A DNA stretch of 64,000 bases from positions 7,285-71,284 of the forward strand of contig CAVXGA010000018.1 of assembly GCA_963761195.1 (NCBI GenBank), given 5' to 3'. Under the pieces are notes generated by a model, which did not search any database, was not told the origin of the DNA, and was given only the letters and a program-made list of their open reading frames with translations. Origin of the DNA: an uncultured Bacteroidales bacterium (GTDB taxonomy: Bacteria; Bacteroidota; Bacteroidia; Bacteroidales; JAADJA01). Position numbers and translations under genes: made by a program. This document shows positions 62,039-64,000 of this stretch, piece by piece; positions within the stretch are counted from its first letter, which is position 1; each line of letters begins with the position of its first letter.

Positions 62039-62371
62039 TGTTTTTCTTTTCTTTGTATTCAATTAAAATTTCCCAGATATTTATTATAAATGTTTTTTTG
62101 CTTCGGCACTTTTTTGATATAAAATCAAACTTTCCTGTGTTTTAGATAAACAAATTTAATTTCCCTACGTAAAAGCAGGCATTAATGGTGAACGAGGAGG
62201 AGACAGAATTGAAAAGAGCATTTGGGGCAAGGTTATTTTTTATCTCAAACACAGAAAATAAAGCATCACTAATTAATTTCATATTAATAATCAGATATTT
62301 AAATAAAAAATGAAATAATTATTATAAATGAGGGTTACCTTTTTACAATTTACAGAATTAATAATTGAATA

Positions 62372-62947
62372 GTGCAGGAAAAAAAGGCAGACGAAATAAT
62401 AGACGGGATTTTTAAAAAAGACACTAAAGTTCTTGATTTTGTTTATGAAAACTTTTTTCATCAGATAAAAGCCTTAATAAATCAAAATAGTGGAACTGAT
62501 GAGGATGCAAGTGATATTTATCAGGATGCAATTATGGTAATTTATCAAAAAATTAGAAAAGAGAACCTGTCACTAAATTGTTCTTTTGGTACTTATTTAT
62601 ATTCCGTTTGCAGACTGCTTTGGTTAAAACAACTTGAAAAGAAAAAATTGGACAAAGTATTTGTTGAAGATTCAGTAATGTTTATCGAGCTAGCAGAAAA
62701 TGAAATTTTAACGTTTAATGATCTCAATGAAAGATATTTACTTTATCAGGATCATTTTCAACGATTAAGTTACAACTGCCAGAAAATACTTGAACTTTTT
62801 CTTGCTAAAATTCCTTTAAAAGAAATTGCAAGAATACTGGGATTAAAAAGCGAGTTGTATGTTAAGAAGAGAAAGCACCAATGCAAAGAAAAATTAGTAT
62901 CAAGCATTAAAAGTGATCCAAGATATTTGGAAATTATAAAAAATTAA
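62372..62947 (+). CDS. ECF-type RNA polymerase sigma-70 factor
   Basis: Region 2: DA.DIYQDA...F.TYLYSV..LW; region 4: L...CQ.IL.LF...EIA.ILG. Confidence 0.9.
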   Translation: MQEKKADEIIDGIFKKDTKVLDFVYENFFHQIKALINQNSGTDEDASDIYQDAIMVIYQKIRKENLSLNCSFGTYLYSVCRLLWLKQLEKKKLDKVFVEDSVMFIELAENEILTFNDLNERYLLYQDHFQRLSYNCQKILELFLAKIPLKEIARILGLKSELYVKKRKHQCKEKLVSSIKSDPRYLEIIKN

Positions 62948-62969
62948 TAAAATTCAAATAAACCATAAA

Positions 62970-63707
62970 ATGAATAAATCACAATTATTCGAGGACTTTA
63001 TCGATGGAAATTTATCAGGAGAAGAATTAAATTCATTTCTTGTACAAAAGAGGACAGATCATATGATTTCCTCTGAAATAGACTTTCGTCTTGAAATCAA
63101 TGAAGCTATTCAGGATAAGGGGCTCATGGAAATAAGAGAGCATTTAAGAGTTCAAATGAACAATTATTCCAATAATTTCCCTTTCTTTAATTTTCGAAAA
63201 GAAACATTGAAAACCTGGCAGTTAGCTGCAGCATCCTTTGCGCTTATTCTGGTAGCTGGAGGATTATGGTTTATTTTATCAAACAAACCTTATTCAACTG
63301 AAAAATTAGTCAGTAAATATTATAAACCAGCAAATCCTATTGGTCAACACAGGTCCGTTGATCTGAATGCTGATGATGCAATAAATGAGGCCTTCGCATT
63401 TTATGGAAAATCTGACTATACCAATGCACTAAAATATTTTAATGCATTGGAAAATCAGGTTACTGCCAGATTTTATACTGGTATTTGTTACATCGAACTT
63501 GAGAAATATAACCAGGCAATTGAATCATTTGATTTTGTAATTAAGGATGATGATAATCTGTTGGTTGAACATGCAAATTGGTATTTAGGCTTGATTTACC
63601 TTATGAATAATCAAAAGAAAAATGCAATTGATCAGTTTGAAAAAATAGCTAAAAGTGATAGTTATTATGCAAATCAAGCTACAGACATTTTGAAATATTT
63701 AAATTAA
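62970..63707 (+). CDS. Putative anti-sigma factor: N-terminal helical domain, one TM, periplasmic TPR domain
   Basis: F.DG.LS.EE..F N-terminus; TM WQLAAASFALILVAGGLWFIL; TPR-like FYTGICYIE and WYLGLIYL. Confidence 0.8.
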   Translation: MNKSQLFEDFIDGNLSGEELNSFLVQKRTDHMISSEIDFRLEINEAIQDKGLMEIREHLRVQMNNYSNNFPFFNFRKETLKTWQLAAASFALILVAGGLWFILSNKPYSTEKLVSKYYKPANPIGQHRSVDLNADDAINEAFAFYGKSDYTNALKYFNALENQVTARFYTGICYIELEKYNQAIESFDFVIKDDDNLLVEHANWYLGLIYLMNNQKKNAIDQFEKIAKSDSYYANQATDILKYLN

Positions 63708-63744
63708 TACTCTTTAGTGTTTCCTATTATAGAATCTTAACTTA

Positions 63745-63794
63745 ATAAAAAGAGAAAGAGAAATTCAGTTGTGAATTTCTCTTTCTCTTTTTAT
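63745..63794. terminator. Long perfect hairpin, bidirectional terminator between convergent genes
   Basis: 23-bp perfect inverted repeat ATAAAAAGAGAAAGAGAAATTCA-gttg-TGAATTTCTCTTTCTCTTTTTAT. Confidence 0.85.
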
Positions 63795-63812
63795 AACAAT
63801 TTAGTTCCTCTA

Positions 63813-64000
63813 TCAATTACGTTTTTTCTTATAATATTTCATTATTAAAACCATCGACCCTGCAAAAAATAGCATAAGAAATAAATAAAAATAAATCTGG
63901 TTAGTCGATTTGATTCTGACAGGAGATGTATCTCCAATTTGAACGTATGCTGCCCAAAAATAAGGGTGTGATTGAAGTTGATCCGCTGACTCGAGGTAAG
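63813..64000 (-). CDS. C-terminus of a CHAT (caspase-like) domain protein with C-terminal TM; starts beyond the right edge
   Basis: Reverse translation gives YLESADQLQSHPYFWAAYVQIGD (CHAT terminal motif), then a hydrophobic helix and KYYKKKRN*. Confidence 0.8.
   Translation of the reverse strand, partial: YLESADQLQSHPYFWAAYVQIGDTSPVRIKSTNQIYFYLFLMLFFAGSMVLIMKYYKKKRN

Noticed and set aside
578-62062. Many short antisense or overlapping ORFs in the six-frame track
   Set aside because: They are shadows of well-supported genes and have no motifs of their own.
62040-62370. AGGAGG and a ~42-codon ORF upstream of the ECF sigma gene
   Set aside because: No recognisable features; Bacteroidota rarely use SD sequences; probably chance.
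1-64000. Genome-wide TAG reassignment
   Set aside because: Only one internal TAG among about 55 genes, and TAG ends several genes at the expected positions (20809, 57122, 33680, 15432).
1-64000. CRISPR arrays, IS elements, prophage, tRNA/rRNA, riboswitches
   Set aside because: By eye I found no spaced repeats, transposase/integrase motifs or recognisable RNA signatures other than rnpB; a covariance-model scan was not possible.

Overview
AT-rich chromosomal segment of a Bacteroidota bacterium, probably an environmental Bacteroidales. Evidence: many TAnnTTTG -7 promoter elements, T9SS C-terminal domains, type B L31 and the Bacteroidota GlmU-like protein. It holds about 55 genes and one RNase P RNA; I saw no rRNA, tRNA, CRISPR array or mobile element. 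Housekeeping genes include lon, rpmE2, prfA, pyrF, fabH-like, lysS, mpg, HU, fmt, trmH-like and bTHX. Notable modules: a speA-speB-DHS-like polyamine operon; a glycogen locus with a GT3 synthase-GT35 phosphorylase fusion and a GH57 bearing a FliG-C-like tail; an OprC-type copper TonB receptor operon with MbnP/MbnH-like lipoproteins; a murL-murD2 alternative peptidoglycan pair; an AmmeMemoRadiSam cluster whose proteins carry export-like signals next to a membrane spermidine-synthase-like protein; and an ECF sigma/TPR anti-sigma/CHAT protease triad at the right edge. Seven single-base lesions, some in essential genes, suggest an error-prone assembly. All calls come from motif recognition by eye; no searches were run.
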